Below, in pieces: positions 48,724-57,644 of a stretch of DNA of 64,000 nucleotides (its first letter is position 1; each line of letters opens with the position of its first letter). The position numbers and the translations under genes are program-made. Location of the stretch: NCBI GenBank assembly GCA_024638655.1, contig JAHEJW010000001.1, forward strand, positions 18,043 to 82,042, written 5' to 3'. The stretch is from a bacterium (GTDB taxonomy: Bacteria; Actinomycetota; Acidimicrobiia; Spongiisociales; ZC4RG35). The notes under the pieces are model-generated. The model did no database searches. It was not told where the DNA came from and was given only the letters and a program-made list of their open reading frames with translations.

Positions 48724-50443
48724 TCTCTACCGTCCCTCCTTTCCCATCGAGATTTCCGCTCCGAAGGTAGGCGGCCACCAACTCGATGTCCTCCTGGGCG
48801 AGAATCGCCCCGAAGGCAGGCATGCGACCCGAGCCAAATCCGTTGAGGCCATAAGGCCGATTGGCCACCGAGCCGTTGATCAGGAAGTCCACGAGAAGGT
48901 CTTCGCCCAACTCAGCCGGGTCCTCGCCGAACTGAACCACGGGCCTCCCGTCCCAAAGAGCCGGGCCAAATCCGCCGGATCCCGCCTCCTGAGTGAAGGG
49001 GATGCCCGCCGAGAATCCGGCGGTGTGACACCGGGCGCAGTTCGCCAAGAAGAGCCCAACGGCTCGTTCGGCGTCATCTTCGGACACGTCTCTTCCGAGC
49101 TGGGCCGACATCGCTTCGGCAACTCCTGCGATGTCGATCTCCCAGGCGCGCCGCTCGGCCGCATTGACCAGGAAATCGAGCCCGGCTGATTCGCTTTCGA
49201 GGAGTTTCTCCTGGTTCTCGGCGGCGACCCCTGTGTTGATCGCCACGGTCTCCAGTCCACCCACCATCGCGGTCGCTGCGGCCAGGTCGGCCTGGCCGGC
49301 CGTCGACTCTGGGTTTGCCGGATCGAGCGAAACTGCGGTGAGCCGAGTCGGCACCGTGGCATCGACCGCTGCGGCAAATTGCCCGCTTATCGCGGACTCG
49401 GCCTGATCGGAGATCCCGTCTCCGTCGGTGTCCTCGCCTTCGGGAGGAGCATCCAGCTCCGCCTCGATCGCAGCGATGTTGAGAAGCAGGATCGGATCGG
49501 TCTCCGCGGCCGTCCTGAGCCGGTCGAGACCGGACTGCACCAAATCGGCGTCGGCGACAGCAGGATCCATAACAACCGGCTCGATCACCCGATAGAACTC
49601 GATCGCACTTTCGGAGATCTCCGACAACTCCGCTTCGGCGGCGTCCGACAAGCCGTCGGCGTCGGTATCGATGCCTTCGTCGGCAGAGTCGAGGATTTCG
49701 AGTGCGCGGTCGGCCAGTGGGACGATGAAGGCGGCGTTCCCGGGCGCCTGCTCGATCTCGGCGACGACCTGACGCTGATTGGCGATGGCCGTCTCCATCG
49801 TGGCGTCTGCATTCCCGAACCTCTGGAGTTGGATGTCGATCTCAGCTGCGGTCTTGTCGACCGCCTCCTGCTGGGGGATTTGGATGGTCTCGAGGTAGTT
49901 GACGACGTCTTCGATCTGCTTCTCGTTCATCGGGCCACCGCCATCGAGACCCCAGGCCGGCATCGGCGTGTTCCCTCGGCCATAGGTGAGCCAGTAGTTC
50001 ACTTCGTCTGCGTCATAGCGATAGAAGACGTCGTTGATGGCCGGCGCCGCCCAGGAGACTGTGACACCGGAACGCTTCTCCACGAACCTCGCCGAGCCAC
50101 CTACACCTAACGGCCCGTGGCAGCTGTAGCAGGCGAACTCCTCGACCAGGTGCTCGCCTCGCTCTACCGACGCTTCCTCGAACTCATCGACAAATCCTTC
50201 CTGCCGGTTCTGCTCACCCAAGAAGTAGAGGGGCAGGGAGATGGCGAGGAATGCCGAGGCTGCGATGGCCACCTTTTGGCCTGTCTCGAGCCGTCTGGTC
50301 TCCAATTCCTGGTCGTTGGTCCCGGGCTGGAGGTTCGGGGCCACCTCCTCTGAGCCGCGATTTCGCAAAGCCGACACCACGACGAGACCGAGCCACACGA
50401 TGCCGGCTACGACGGCGAGAACAGTGATGATGTTCGCGGTCAT
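48710..50443 (-). CDS. membrane-anchored diheme cytochrome c with a ~300-aa acidic insert between the heme domains
   Basis: N-terminal TM helix and two CxxCH motifs (CYSCH, CARCH), each followed by class-I-like cytochrome c sequence. The intervening region is Asp/Ala-rich with two DTDxDGxSD motifs. Confidence 0.75.
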   Translation of the reverse strand: MTANIITVLAVVAGIVWLGLVVVSALRNRGSEEVAPNLQPGTNDQELETRRLETGQKVAIAASAFLAISLPLYFLGEQNRQEGFVDEFEEASVERGEHLVEEFACYSCHGPLGVGGSARFVEKRSGVTVSWAAPAINDVFYRYDADEVNYWLTYGRGNTPMPAWGLDGGGPMNEKQIEDVVNYLETIQIPQQEAVDKTAAEIDIQLQRFGNADATMETAIANQRQVVAEIEQAPGNAAFIVPLADRALEILDSADEGIDTDADGLSDAAEAELSEISESAIEFYRVIEPVVMDPAVADADLVQSGLDRLRTAAETDPILLLNIAAIEAELDAPPEGEDTDGDGISDQAESAISGQFAAAVDATVPTRLTAVSLDPANPESTAGQADLAAATAMVGGLETVAINTGVAAENQEKLLESESAGLDFLVNAAERRAWEIDIAGVAEAMSAQLGRDVSEDDAERAVGLFLANCARCHTAGFSAGIPFTQEAGSGGFGPALWDGRPVVQFGEDPAELGEDLLVDFLINGSVANRPYGLNGFGSGRMPAFGAILAQEDIELVAAYLRSGNLDGKGGTVENVLP

Positions 50444-50449
50444 GGTCGA

Positions 50450-51331
50450 TCAGCCACCGATGCAGCTGGGGCCGCGGGGATAGCTGACGCTCAGCAGCTG
50501 GGATCGAGGGGTCTGGATGACCGTCCCCGTCTTGATGATGAAACGATCGCTCTGCACCTCGACCACGAAACGGTCGAGGTTGCGTGGAGCCGGGCCGGCG
50601 AAATACTCGCCGATGGAGCTGTATTTCGATCCGTGGCAGGGGCACTCGAAACCTTGGGACGTCGCACACCAGGGAACCCGGCACCCGAGGTGGACACACC
50701 GCTGAAAGAGAGCCATCAGACCGGCGGCTTCTACCCCGTCGCCTTCCATCGACTCGGGGACAACAGGGGACGGGACCACGTAGGCCCGAGCCTCCGGGAC
50801 GAAGACGGGGACAATCGAGCCATCGGCAGCAACCGTCTGGTTTTGAATGTCGGCGACCGTGCCGGCATCGACGTCGGTTCCGAAGCCTCCGCTCAGCTTG
50901 GGCCACATGAATGCAAGCGAGTTGATGCCCACCAGGCCCAGGAATGCGAAGAACGTCCCGCTCAACGCGCGGTTGAAGAACTGTCGCCGGGTGACACCGG
51001 ACTCCTCGGGTGTCACTTCGATGACCCGTTGCCGCTCTATCACCTGGACGCTTCCTCCAGCCGGGGCGAGCTCCTGGCTTGGCTCCGCTTCGACCTCTAC
51101 TTCGACTTCCGCAGGCTGGGGCTCGGAGACCGGCTCCGGCTCGGGCAAGGGCTCGACGCGCACGCCCTCCATCGACCGATCCGACCGACGAGTCTCCTCT
51201 GATACGCCGGCGGTGGGATCGGGGGCTGGCGCGTCCGCCCTCGAGCGCCGGAAAGCCACGGTGAATGCGCCAATCGCCCCCACGATTGCGAAGAGGGCAA
51301 CACCGATGAGAACCATGTTGGTGAAAGTCAT
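50450..51331 (-). CDS. Rieske [2Fe-2S] iron-sulfur protein
   Basis: Cluster boxes CVHLGCRVPW and CPCHGSKY, twin-arginine motif TRRQFF, N-terminal TM helix and an acidic Pro/Glu-rich linker. Confidence 0.85.
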   Translation of the reverse strand: MTFTNMVLIGVALFAIVGAIGAFTVAFRRSRADAPAPDPTAGVSEETRRSDRSMEGVRVEPLPEPEPVSEPQPAEVEVEVEAEPSQELAPAGGSVQVIERQRVIEVTPEESGVTRRQFFNRALSGTFFAFLGLVGINSLAFMWPKLSGGFGTDVDAGTVADIQNQTVAADGSIVPVFVPEARAYVVPSPVVPESMEGDGVEAAGLMALFQRCVHLGCRVPWCATSQGFECPCHGSKYSSIGEYFAGPAPRNLDRFVVEVQSDRFIIKTGTVIQTPRSQLLSVSYPRGPSCIGG

Positions 51332-52347
51332 TCGAAGTTCACCCAGTCCTTGAGGTCATCGAAGAAGACGCCGTCGCGCCACGGATAGGAGAAGTTGAAC
51401 CCCTGACCTCTGAAGAGCACACCGATGATCGTCAAGGTCGCAGATCCGGCCAGGAAGATCGAATAGAGCATGATGGCGAATTTGCGGTCAGTGGGACGGG
51501 TCGAGGGGTTCTTGTCGACGTAGGGGATCATCATGAACCCGATCAATCCGATGAAGAGTGGAACCATGACCCCTGCGACTTGGGGATCGAAGTAGCTCAG
51601 GAGCTCCTGGAGACCAAGGAAGTACCAGGGTGCCTTGGAGGGATTGGGCGTGGCATTGAAGTTGGCCGGCTCCAGCAGCGGGGAGTGGATCACGACCGAC
51701 ATGATGACGAGCAGCCCCGTGATCGCGAGCAACGCGCCGAACTCCATCAGCATCAGATGCGGCCACGTGTTCACTTTGTCGCTCGGCTCGGCTTTGACGT
51801 TCTGGATTGCCCGCGCCTTGACGACAGTGAGCAACCTCTGAGTCCTCACCCCTTCGGGCAGACCGGCCGGCGGAACGCTGGGTCTTGGGCTCACCAGACC
51901 GGCAACCTTGCCGTTTCCTCCACCACCATTGGAGGGAGCTACCGGGACAGTCTCTTCTTCGCCCATGGTGGCGACGGCCGCAGCAGGCTCCTCCGCCTCG
52001 GCGGCAGCCGCGTCTTCGTCCGGAATGACCGCGGCTGCGGGCGCCTCGAAAGGCTCCTCTTCCTCGGTGACGTCGGGCTCGATCGACTCCGGCTCATCGC
52101 CCGGTTCTGGGGTGGCCGGCTTGGTGATGGTCTCCACGTCGCCGGTCGCGACTGCCTCCGCCGCCTCTACGACCATCTCCTTTGGCTCGGGCTTGTCGCT
52201 CGCCTCTACCGGCGCCTCGATCTTGGGTGGCTCTACAGGCGGGCCTTCACCCTTCATCTCGGCCAGCACCTGCTCGACCGGCACACCCAACGCCTTGGCC
52301 TTGGCTTCTGCCGATCTCCTCAGGAGATCTTCTGGTATCTCAACCAT
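51328..52347 (-). CDS. cytochrome b C-terminal-domain protein (b6f subunit IV-like) with a ~200-aa hydrophilic N-terminal extension
   Basis: C-terminal three-TM domain with a PEWY-box equivalent (KAPWYFLGLQELL). AAGGAG RBS upstream of ATG 52347. The N-terminal extension is Ala/Glu/Pro-rich. Confidence 0.7.
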   Translation of the reverse strand: MVEIPEDLLRRSAEAKAKALGVPVEQVLAEMKGEGPPVEPPKIEAPVEASDKPEPKEMVVEAAEAVATGDVETITKPATPEPGDEPESIEPDVTEEEEPFEAPAAAVIPDEDAAAAEAEEPAAAVATMGEEETVPVAPSNGGGGNGKVAGLVSPRPSVPPAGLPEGVRTQRLLTVVKARAIQNVKAEPSDKVNTWPHLMLMEFGALLAITGLLVIMSVVIHSPLLEPANFNATPNPSKAPWYFLGLQELLSYFDPQVAGVMVPLFIGLIGFMMIPYVDKNPSTRPTDRKFAIMLYSIFLAGSATLTIIGVLFRGQGFNFSYPWRDGVFFDDLKDWVNFE

Positions 52348-52358
52348 TCAACAACTCC

Positions 52359-53135
52359 TTACAGAGGCCCCGAGATGCCGCCGTCCTTGCGAACCCGCCA
52401 GAAGTGAACGGCGAGAAACACGACCAGGACGAATGGGAAGAAGAGGACATGCAGAACGTAGAAGCGGAGCAAGGTCGAACCGCTCACTTCAACTCCTGCG
52501 AGAAGTGCGAACTTGACCTGGTCACCGATCACGGGGGAAAACCCAGCCATGTTGGAACCTACCGTGACAGCCCAAAGCGCCAGCTGATCCCAGGGCAACA
52601 GATAGCCGGAGAAGGAGAGGAACAAAGTGAGGAAGAGGAGGATCACGCCGACGACCCAGTTGAACTCGCGTGGCGGCTTGTATGCACCGTGGTAGAAGAC
52701 GCGACTCATGTGGAGGAAGACTGACAGGACCATGAGGTGGGCGCCCCAACGATGCATGTTTCTCACCAGAGAGCCGAAGGCGACGTTGGTGGACAACGCC
52801 TCCATGTCCGCATAGGCGATTTCGGCAGTGGGCGTGTAATAGAACATCAGGAAGATGCCGGTGATCGTGAGCAGGATGAACAGGAAGAAACTCAGGCCGC
52901 CCAGACACAAGGTGTACGACAGGCGGACTCCGTGCCGCTTCACCTTCACCGGGTGGAGGTGGTACAGCACGTTGTTCATCACCACGTAGGAGCGGTTCCT
53001 CGGGCTGTCCGAGTAGCCCTGTTTGAACGGGGAGCCCGGTCGGAGTATCGATTCGACAACCTGTGAGCTCCAGAGCTTCTCGTTCGTTTCCTTGATTCGC
53101 TCCTTGAGGCTGGTTCTTCCGTTTCCGTTGGCCAT
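52359..53135 (-). CDS. cytochrome b6-like protein (N-terminal four-helix cytochrome b domain with heme ligands)
   Basis: [50 protein letters not shown] and paired His ligands (LH...13 residues...H) in helices B and D. 258 aa. Confidence 0.85.
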   Translation of the reverse strand: MANGNGRTSLKERIKETNEKLWSSQVVESILRPGSPFKQGYSDSPRNRSYVVMNNVLYHLHPVKVKRHGVRLSYTLCLGGLSFFLFILLTITGIFLMFYYTPTAEIAYADMEALSTNVAFGSLVRNMHRWGAHLMVLSVFLHMSRVFYHGAYKPPREFNWVVGVILLFLTLFLSFSGYLLPWDQLALWAVTVGSNMAGFSPVIGDQVKFALLAGVEVSGSTLLRFYVLHVLFFPFVLVVFLAVHFWRVRKDGGISGPL

Positions 53136-53152
53136 TGAGTGTCTCTTCTTCC

Positions 53153-53602
53153 CTACCAGCGCATACCGTAGGAGTAGCCGTTTTTGAAGTCACGTTGACC
53201 GGTGTCGAAATCCCATGGGCGAAGATCGAGGCCGAGCTCGGCAGCCTGCTCGGCCAACGAGCCCTCGAACTTGCCGAGGGTGATCACGTTCGTAGGGCAC
53301 CTGTCGATGCACAGCTGGCATCTGGTGCACTCGTCCTCATCGACGATGAAGAAGCCATAGTTCTGGGGGTCCTCGCCAGGATGGTCGACATTGACACCTT
53401 CTGAAATCGCGTCCAGCGAGAGGTAATGGATGCACTTCCACGGACAGATATCGACACAGCCCTCACAGAGAATGCACTCGGCCTGGTCGATGTGGAGGAA
53501 CTGCTTGGGGCGAAGCTTGTCCTTGAAGTAGTCGCCCTCGACAACGGCGAGCTGATAGTCGTCTCTGATCGGCGGGATCTCATCGATGACACCTTTGGGC
53601 AT
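53153..53602 (-). CDS. 2x[4Fe-4S] dicluster ferredoxin
   Basis: [12 protein letters not shown] and [12 protein letters not shown]. 149 aa. TGATG overlap with the upstream membrane-protein gene, and immediately precedes cytochrome b6. Confidence 0.8.
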   Translation of the reverse strand: MPKGVIDEIPPIRDDYQLAVVEGDYFKDKLRPKQFLHIDQAECILCEGCVDICPWKCIHYLSLDAISEGVNVDHPGEDPQNYGFFIVDEDECTRCQLCIDRCPTNVITLGKFEGSLAEQAAELGLDLRPWDFDTGQRDFKNGYSYGMRW

Positions 53603-54234
53603 CAGCGATCACCCCTCACCAGTGGCCTGCCGTATGGCGAGGTCTTCTCGACAGGCTGGGCGCCTGCCGGCCGACCTTCCTTCATTCTCTGGATCTGGAT
53701 GGCGAGCACCGCTGCAAACCCGAGTAGACCCAGGCTGTAACCCATCTGGATCGAATCTCTGATCACCGCGTAGCTGATCTCGACGGTGTTGCCCAAGACG
53801 AGGAAAGGAGGGATCGCAAGGGCGACGCGCTGGCTCGACCATTCGAGATCGGTTTGGGCGAAGTTGAGCCACTCGCTCGGGACCATGCCGAAATAGAACA
53901 CCAGAGCCGACCAGGCGATGACCGCGGCCGTCGTGGCCCGGGCCCAGGTCATCTTCTGGTTGAGCACCCAGAGAAATGTCGCGCCCACAATGGCGAAGGT
54001 GCTGGCCCCCAGGACGATCACGTAGCCAACCGCCTTCCACCACATTCCCCTGGGGAACCAGTTCAGCTGATCCACCACGACCGGTACCTCGACACCGTTC
54101 ACCAGCTCGGTCTCCGGCAAGCTGGACCAATGGATCCAGATGACTCCGATGATGAGGCCGATCAAGCCGAACAGGATCAGCAACGACCCGATGGCCTTGC
54201 GGCGGCTATCACTCAGTTCTGCGAGGCGATACAT
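53602..54234 (-). CDS. hypothetical 4-TM membrane protein, first gene of the Rieske/cytochrome b operon
   Basis: 210 aa, four predicted TM helices, no recognisable cofactor motif. Translationally coupled to the ferredoxin gene. Confidence 0.4.
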   Translation of the reverse strand: MYRLAELSDSRRKAIGSLLILFGLIGLIIGVIWIHWSSLPETELVNGVEVPVVVDQLNWFPRGMWWKAVGYVIVLGASTFAIVGATFLWVLNQKMTWARATTAAVIAWSALVFYFGMVPSEWLNFAQTDLEWSSQRVALAIPPFLVLGNTVEISYAVIRDSIQMGYSLGLLGFAAVLAIQIQRMKEGRPAGAQPVEKTSPYGRPLVRGDR

Positions 54235-54395
54235 CGTCGGCTCTCGTGCGCGTCCCTATAGCTGTCTGGGCGTTTGTACCACACGGTGAAGGGCCTTTGT
54301 GAACCCGAACCGCACGCTACTCGCCCAAATGTAGCGGCGAAGAGGAGTCACGAAGTCGTTATGCTCCCGCCGTCGCGCCATCTAGAGGTTGAGGC

Positions 54396-55835
54396 TTGGC
54401 TCAGACGCAAAGCTCGAACATCAGAACCCTCCTCGGGGGCGGCGCAGGCGGAGACCGCCTGGCCGCAACGCATTTTCTGGTAGGTGCCGCGTTTCTCGTC
54501 CTCGGTGGGGCTTTCTCTCTGCTGTCGCTTCTATCGCTCAGATTCGCCGGGCTCTTCCCACTCACTTATGGCCGTTTCGAGCCAATGGCGAATCTCAGCC
54601 TGATCATCGGATTCGCAGTCATCTCCCTCGTAGGCGGTGTCTACTACGTGCTCCCAAGACTCACCGGGACCGTCCTGTGGCGAGATGAGATCGCCGGCCT
54701 GGGACTCCTGGGGACGGCGGGCATCGTCGTTCTCGGTCTGGCCGCCACCGCCCTGGGCTTGGGCAGTGGCCGCGGCCCATTCGACCTCCCCTGGTGGCTG
54801 AGTGTTCCGTTGGCGCTCGTGCTCGCCATCCCGGCGGTCGTCACCCTCGGAACGGTTGCCAACCGTGAGGAGCAGCGGAGTTACGTGTCGATCTGGTTCG
54901 TTCTCGGCGGAACTGCGTGGCTTTTCCTGCTGACGCTGGCGTATCTGGTGGGGGATCTGCCTTTTGTCGGGTCACTCGCTGTTGCCTATGCCGACGTCTT
55001 CTACTCGGCGGGATTGGTCACGCTCGTCGTGTTCACCTTGGGCACGGGCCTCTTCTACTACACGGTGGTGAAGGAGCTCGACGTAGCCCTGGCCAGTCGT
55101 CAACTGGCGATGTTGGGGTTTTGGTCTCTCGGCTTCGCCGCCGTGTGGTGGGGGGTCGCCCAGGTCATGTTCGGGCCCGGCCCGACCTGGGTCTCCGGTG
55201 TCGTGGCGGCCCTCGGTCTTGCCTTCCCGATAGGGGCGCTGGCGAACGCAGCCAACGTGGCGCTCACCCTCGAGGGCTCCTGGGGACGGCTCGAGGCCAA
55301 ACCCGGAGTCACCGCAGGTGTGTACGGACTGTTTCTCGGCGTCGGGGTTGCTTTCCTCGCCGCCATGGGCGGGTTCCGCTCCATCGCCGCAGTGACATCG
55401 TTGACCGCGTTCTGGGAAGCCATCGAATACGCCGCAGTTCTGGGTGCCGGCGCCTTACTCGTGGCAGGCATCAGCTTCCAGGCGCTGCCCCGGTTGCTGG
55501 GCCGCGAGATCCATTCCCTGGATCGGGCCAGGTCCTTTGCCAGGCTCACCGTGATCGGCGCCGTTGGGGTACTGGTCTTCATGGCTGCCTCGGGCGTGGT
55601 CTCCGGCTATTCGTGGATCGCCGGATCGAACTCGGCCGCCTACATCGACGCCGGTGAGGGCTGGCAGGCCGGGGCCGGCGAGGTCCCCGACGCACTCCTC
55701 CTGATAGCGATCCTGTTCGCCTTCGTCACCTTCGCAGGACAACTTGCATACGCCTCCACGGTCTTCGGGACGGTCACCAGGGGCAAGGCCACCACCCAGG
55801 AGTTACTGGTGACGGGGATGACCGACGATGAGTGA
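54396..55835 (+). CDS. heme-copper oxidase subunit I (CcoN)-like 12-TM protein lacking the canonical histidine metal ligands
   Basis: 12 predicted TM helices. FEPMANLSLIIGFAVISLVGGVYYVLPRLTG parallels the CcoN MHG...GGFGNYLVP block, and AVWWGVAQVM parallels WWYGHNAV, with His replaced in both; only 2 His occur in 479 aa. TTG start with AGAGG upstream. Confidence 0.55.
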   Translation: MAQTQSSNIRTLLGGGAGGDRLAATHFLVGAAFLVLGGAFSLLSLLSLRFAGLFPLTYGRFEPMANLSLIIGFAVISLVGGVYYVLPRLTGTVLWRDEIAGLGLLGTAGIVVLGLAATALGLGSGRGPFDLPWWLSVPLALVLAIPAVVTLGTVANREEQRSYVSIWFVLGGTAWLFLLTLAYLVGDLPFVGSLAVAYADVFYSAGLVTLVVFTLGTGLFYYTVVKELDVALASRQLAMLGFWSLGFAAVWWGVAQVMFGPGPTWVSGVVAALGLAFPIGALANAANVALTLEGSWGRLEAKPGVTAGVYGLFLGVGVAFLAAMGGFRSIAAVTSLTAFWEAIEYAAVLGAGALLVAGISFQALPRLLGREIHSLDRARSFARLTVIGAVGVLVFMAASGVVSGYSWIAGSNSAAYIDAGEGWQAGAGEVPDALLLIAILFAFVTFAGQLAYASTVFGTVTRGKATTQELLVTGMTDDE

Positions 55836-56589
55836 TCAGCTGAGCGCAGCGGCCGCAGCCCTGGGCATACCCGAGTCGCTGGTCGAAAGGTCCGCGGCGG
55901 CGCGCGCCGCCGAGACCGGATCCAGCGCCGATGAGATCCTGACGGCATGGGCCGGAGGCGAAGCGGCCCCGACGCCGACCCGGCTGGCCGATGAGGCACC
56001 TGAGCCAGAAACCGCACCCGTCCCCGAGGCGCCCACAGAGGAGCCTGCGACCCCCGAGGTCGTGATCGAGACTCCCCCGCCCCCGGCAGCCAAACCTGCG
56101 GCGCCGGTACCCGCCGGGCCCTATAAGCCGCCGGTGCTGGTTGGAGCCAGAGACAACCCGATGATCGTCCTGGCTGCCGCGGTCGGCCTGTTCGCGGTCA
56201 TCTTCCTGGTCGGGTTCGTGGGGCCCTCGTTCCAGGGAGAGGCCCCTGGAACACGCACCTCGGAGATTCAGTACTCGGCACGGGCACTCGACGGCAGGGG
56301 CGTGTATGCCTCGCTGAATTGCGGCTCATGCCACACCCAGTTGGTGCGGCCGGTCATCGCCGATGTGGGCCTGGGGGCCGTCACGGTTCACGACACCAAT
56401 CAAGTGATCGGGACGCGCCGGTTCGGGCCAGACCTTTCCAATGTCGGGGCGCGACTCAGCGAATCCCAGCTCGAGGCCGTCGTCATTGGGCTCGGCGAAC
56501 ACCCCGCCTACGTTCTCTCGTCGGAGAACGTGAGTGCGCTAGTGGCCTATCTGGCGGAGTCGCAGACCGCGGAAGCAACGGGGGGCTGA
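55828..56589 (+). CDS. CcoO-like membrane-anchored monoheme cytochrome c
   Basis: TM anchor then GRGVYASLNCGSCHTQLVRP...RRFGPDLSNVGAR, matching the CcoO/FixO heme region including the GPDL..VG.R motif. Its start overlaps the upstream stop (ATGAGTGA). Confidence 0.6.
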   Translation: MSDQLSAAAAALGIPESLVERSAAARAAETGSSADEILTAWAGGEAAPTPTRLADEAPEPETAPVPEAPTEEPATPEVVIETPPPPAAKPAAPVPAGPYKPPVLVGARDNPMIVLAAAVGLFAVIFLVGFVGPSFQGEAPGTRTSEIQYSARALDGRGVYASLNCGSCHTQLVRPVIADVGLGAVTVHDTNQVIGTRRFGPDLSNVGARLSESQLEAVVIGLGEHPAYVLSSENVSALVAYLAESQTAEATGG

Positions 56590-57644
56590 TGAGTGAGTAT
56601 CTGAGCGCAGCGGCCGCAGCCATGGGTCTCCCCGAGGTTCTCGTCGAGCGCTCCGCCGAGGCGAGAGCCACCGAGACCGGAGCCACCGTCGACGAAGTCC
56701 TCCAGGCGTGGGCCGGTGGCGGTGAGATCAGCGCACCTCCCCCGAAACCGGCTGAAGAACCTGCTGGTGAGGCGGCCGCCGAAGAGACGGCGGCTCCCGA
56801 AGAGACCCCGGAACCACAGGCAGCAGCAGCTCCAGTCGCCGCAACGGTGGAAGTCGCAGAGCCGTCGGCCACTGCCCGGGTTCCAACACGCGCTCCGGTC
56901 CCAGAAACGGTCAACTCTGCAGCAGCGGCGCGTCTTCCTGAGGTCGTGACCGTTCCGACTGCCGGGATCAGGGAAAAGACCAGCTTCGCCATCCCCAAGT
57001 GGCTGACCGCCGTTCTTCTGGTTGCCCCGCTCTTCGCATTGTTTGCACTGGGCGGATCGGCGACAGGTGAATGTGGTGCGGCAACTGAGTTGAGGGCGGA
57101 CGTCGTCACCGGCGAAATCGTCAACTGCGATGGCACCGAGTTCACCGGTCAGGCAGTCGGCGGAGGGGGGACCAACTTCATCGCACTCGGCGAAAGCATC
57201 TACCTGGGCGGCGAGGTCACCGGCGTCAACTGTGCCGGTTGCCATGGTCCGGCTGGACAGGGAGCGGGAGCATTCCCTTCGATGACCGGGGTCAACAACA
57301 CGTTTGGTGCATGCACGGACCACATCGAATGGGTGGTCTTGGGTACGGGTGGCTTCCAGGCGGCTGGCAGGAGTACCTACGGCGACACCGGGAAACAGGT
57401 TGGTGCCGCCGGCAACATGCCCGGGTTCTCGAGCAATCTCAGTGCGGAGCAGATTGCTGCCGTCGTCGCCTTCGAGCGCGCCAGGTTCGGTGGAGGCGAC
57501 GCCGATGCAGTGCTCACCGATTGTGGCCTCGTCGAAGAGGCGGGCACCGAGGGAGAGCCCGGAGAAGAGGGTGGTGAAGGCACCGGTGGTGAGGGCACCG
57601 GTGGTGAGGGCGGCACCGAGGCCTCAGCCGGCTCTTCCGGCTGA
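56589..57644 (+). CDS. membrane-anchored class I cytochrome c (CcoP-like partner) with a Gly/Glu-rich C-terminal tail
   Basis: ATGA overlap with the upstream gene. One CxxCH (CAGCHGP) in a class-I cytochrome c context (GNMPGF, LSAEQIAAVVAF). The C-terminal GEGTGGEGTGG tail is encoded by a 15-nt tandem repeat. The 441-aa track ORF from 56319 is an upstream over-extension. Confidence 0.6.
   Translation: MSEYLSAAAAAMGLPEVLVERSAEARATETGATVDEVLQAWAGGGEISAPPPKPAEEPAGEAAAEETAAPEETPEPQAAAAPVAATVEVAEPSATARVPTRAPVPETVNSAAAARLPEVVTVPTAGIREKTSFAIPKWLTAVLLVAPLFALFALGGSATGECGAATELRADVVTGEIVNCDGTEFTGQAVGGGGTNFIALGESIYLGGEVTGVNCAGCHGPAGQGAGAFPSMTGVNNTFGACTDHIEWVVLGTGGFQAAGRSTYGDTGKQVGAAGNMPGFSSNLSAEQIAAVVAFERARFGGGDADAVLTDCGLVEEAGTEGEPGEEGGEGTGGEGTGGEGGTEASAGSSG

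Noticed and set aside
56319-56588. Upstream 90 codons of the 441-aa ORF containing the third cytochrome c
   Set aside because: This stretch overlaps the 3' end of the CcoO-like gene in another frame. The real start is the ATG at 56589, which overlaps the upstream stop (ATGA) and gives an N-terminus homologous to that of the preceding gene.
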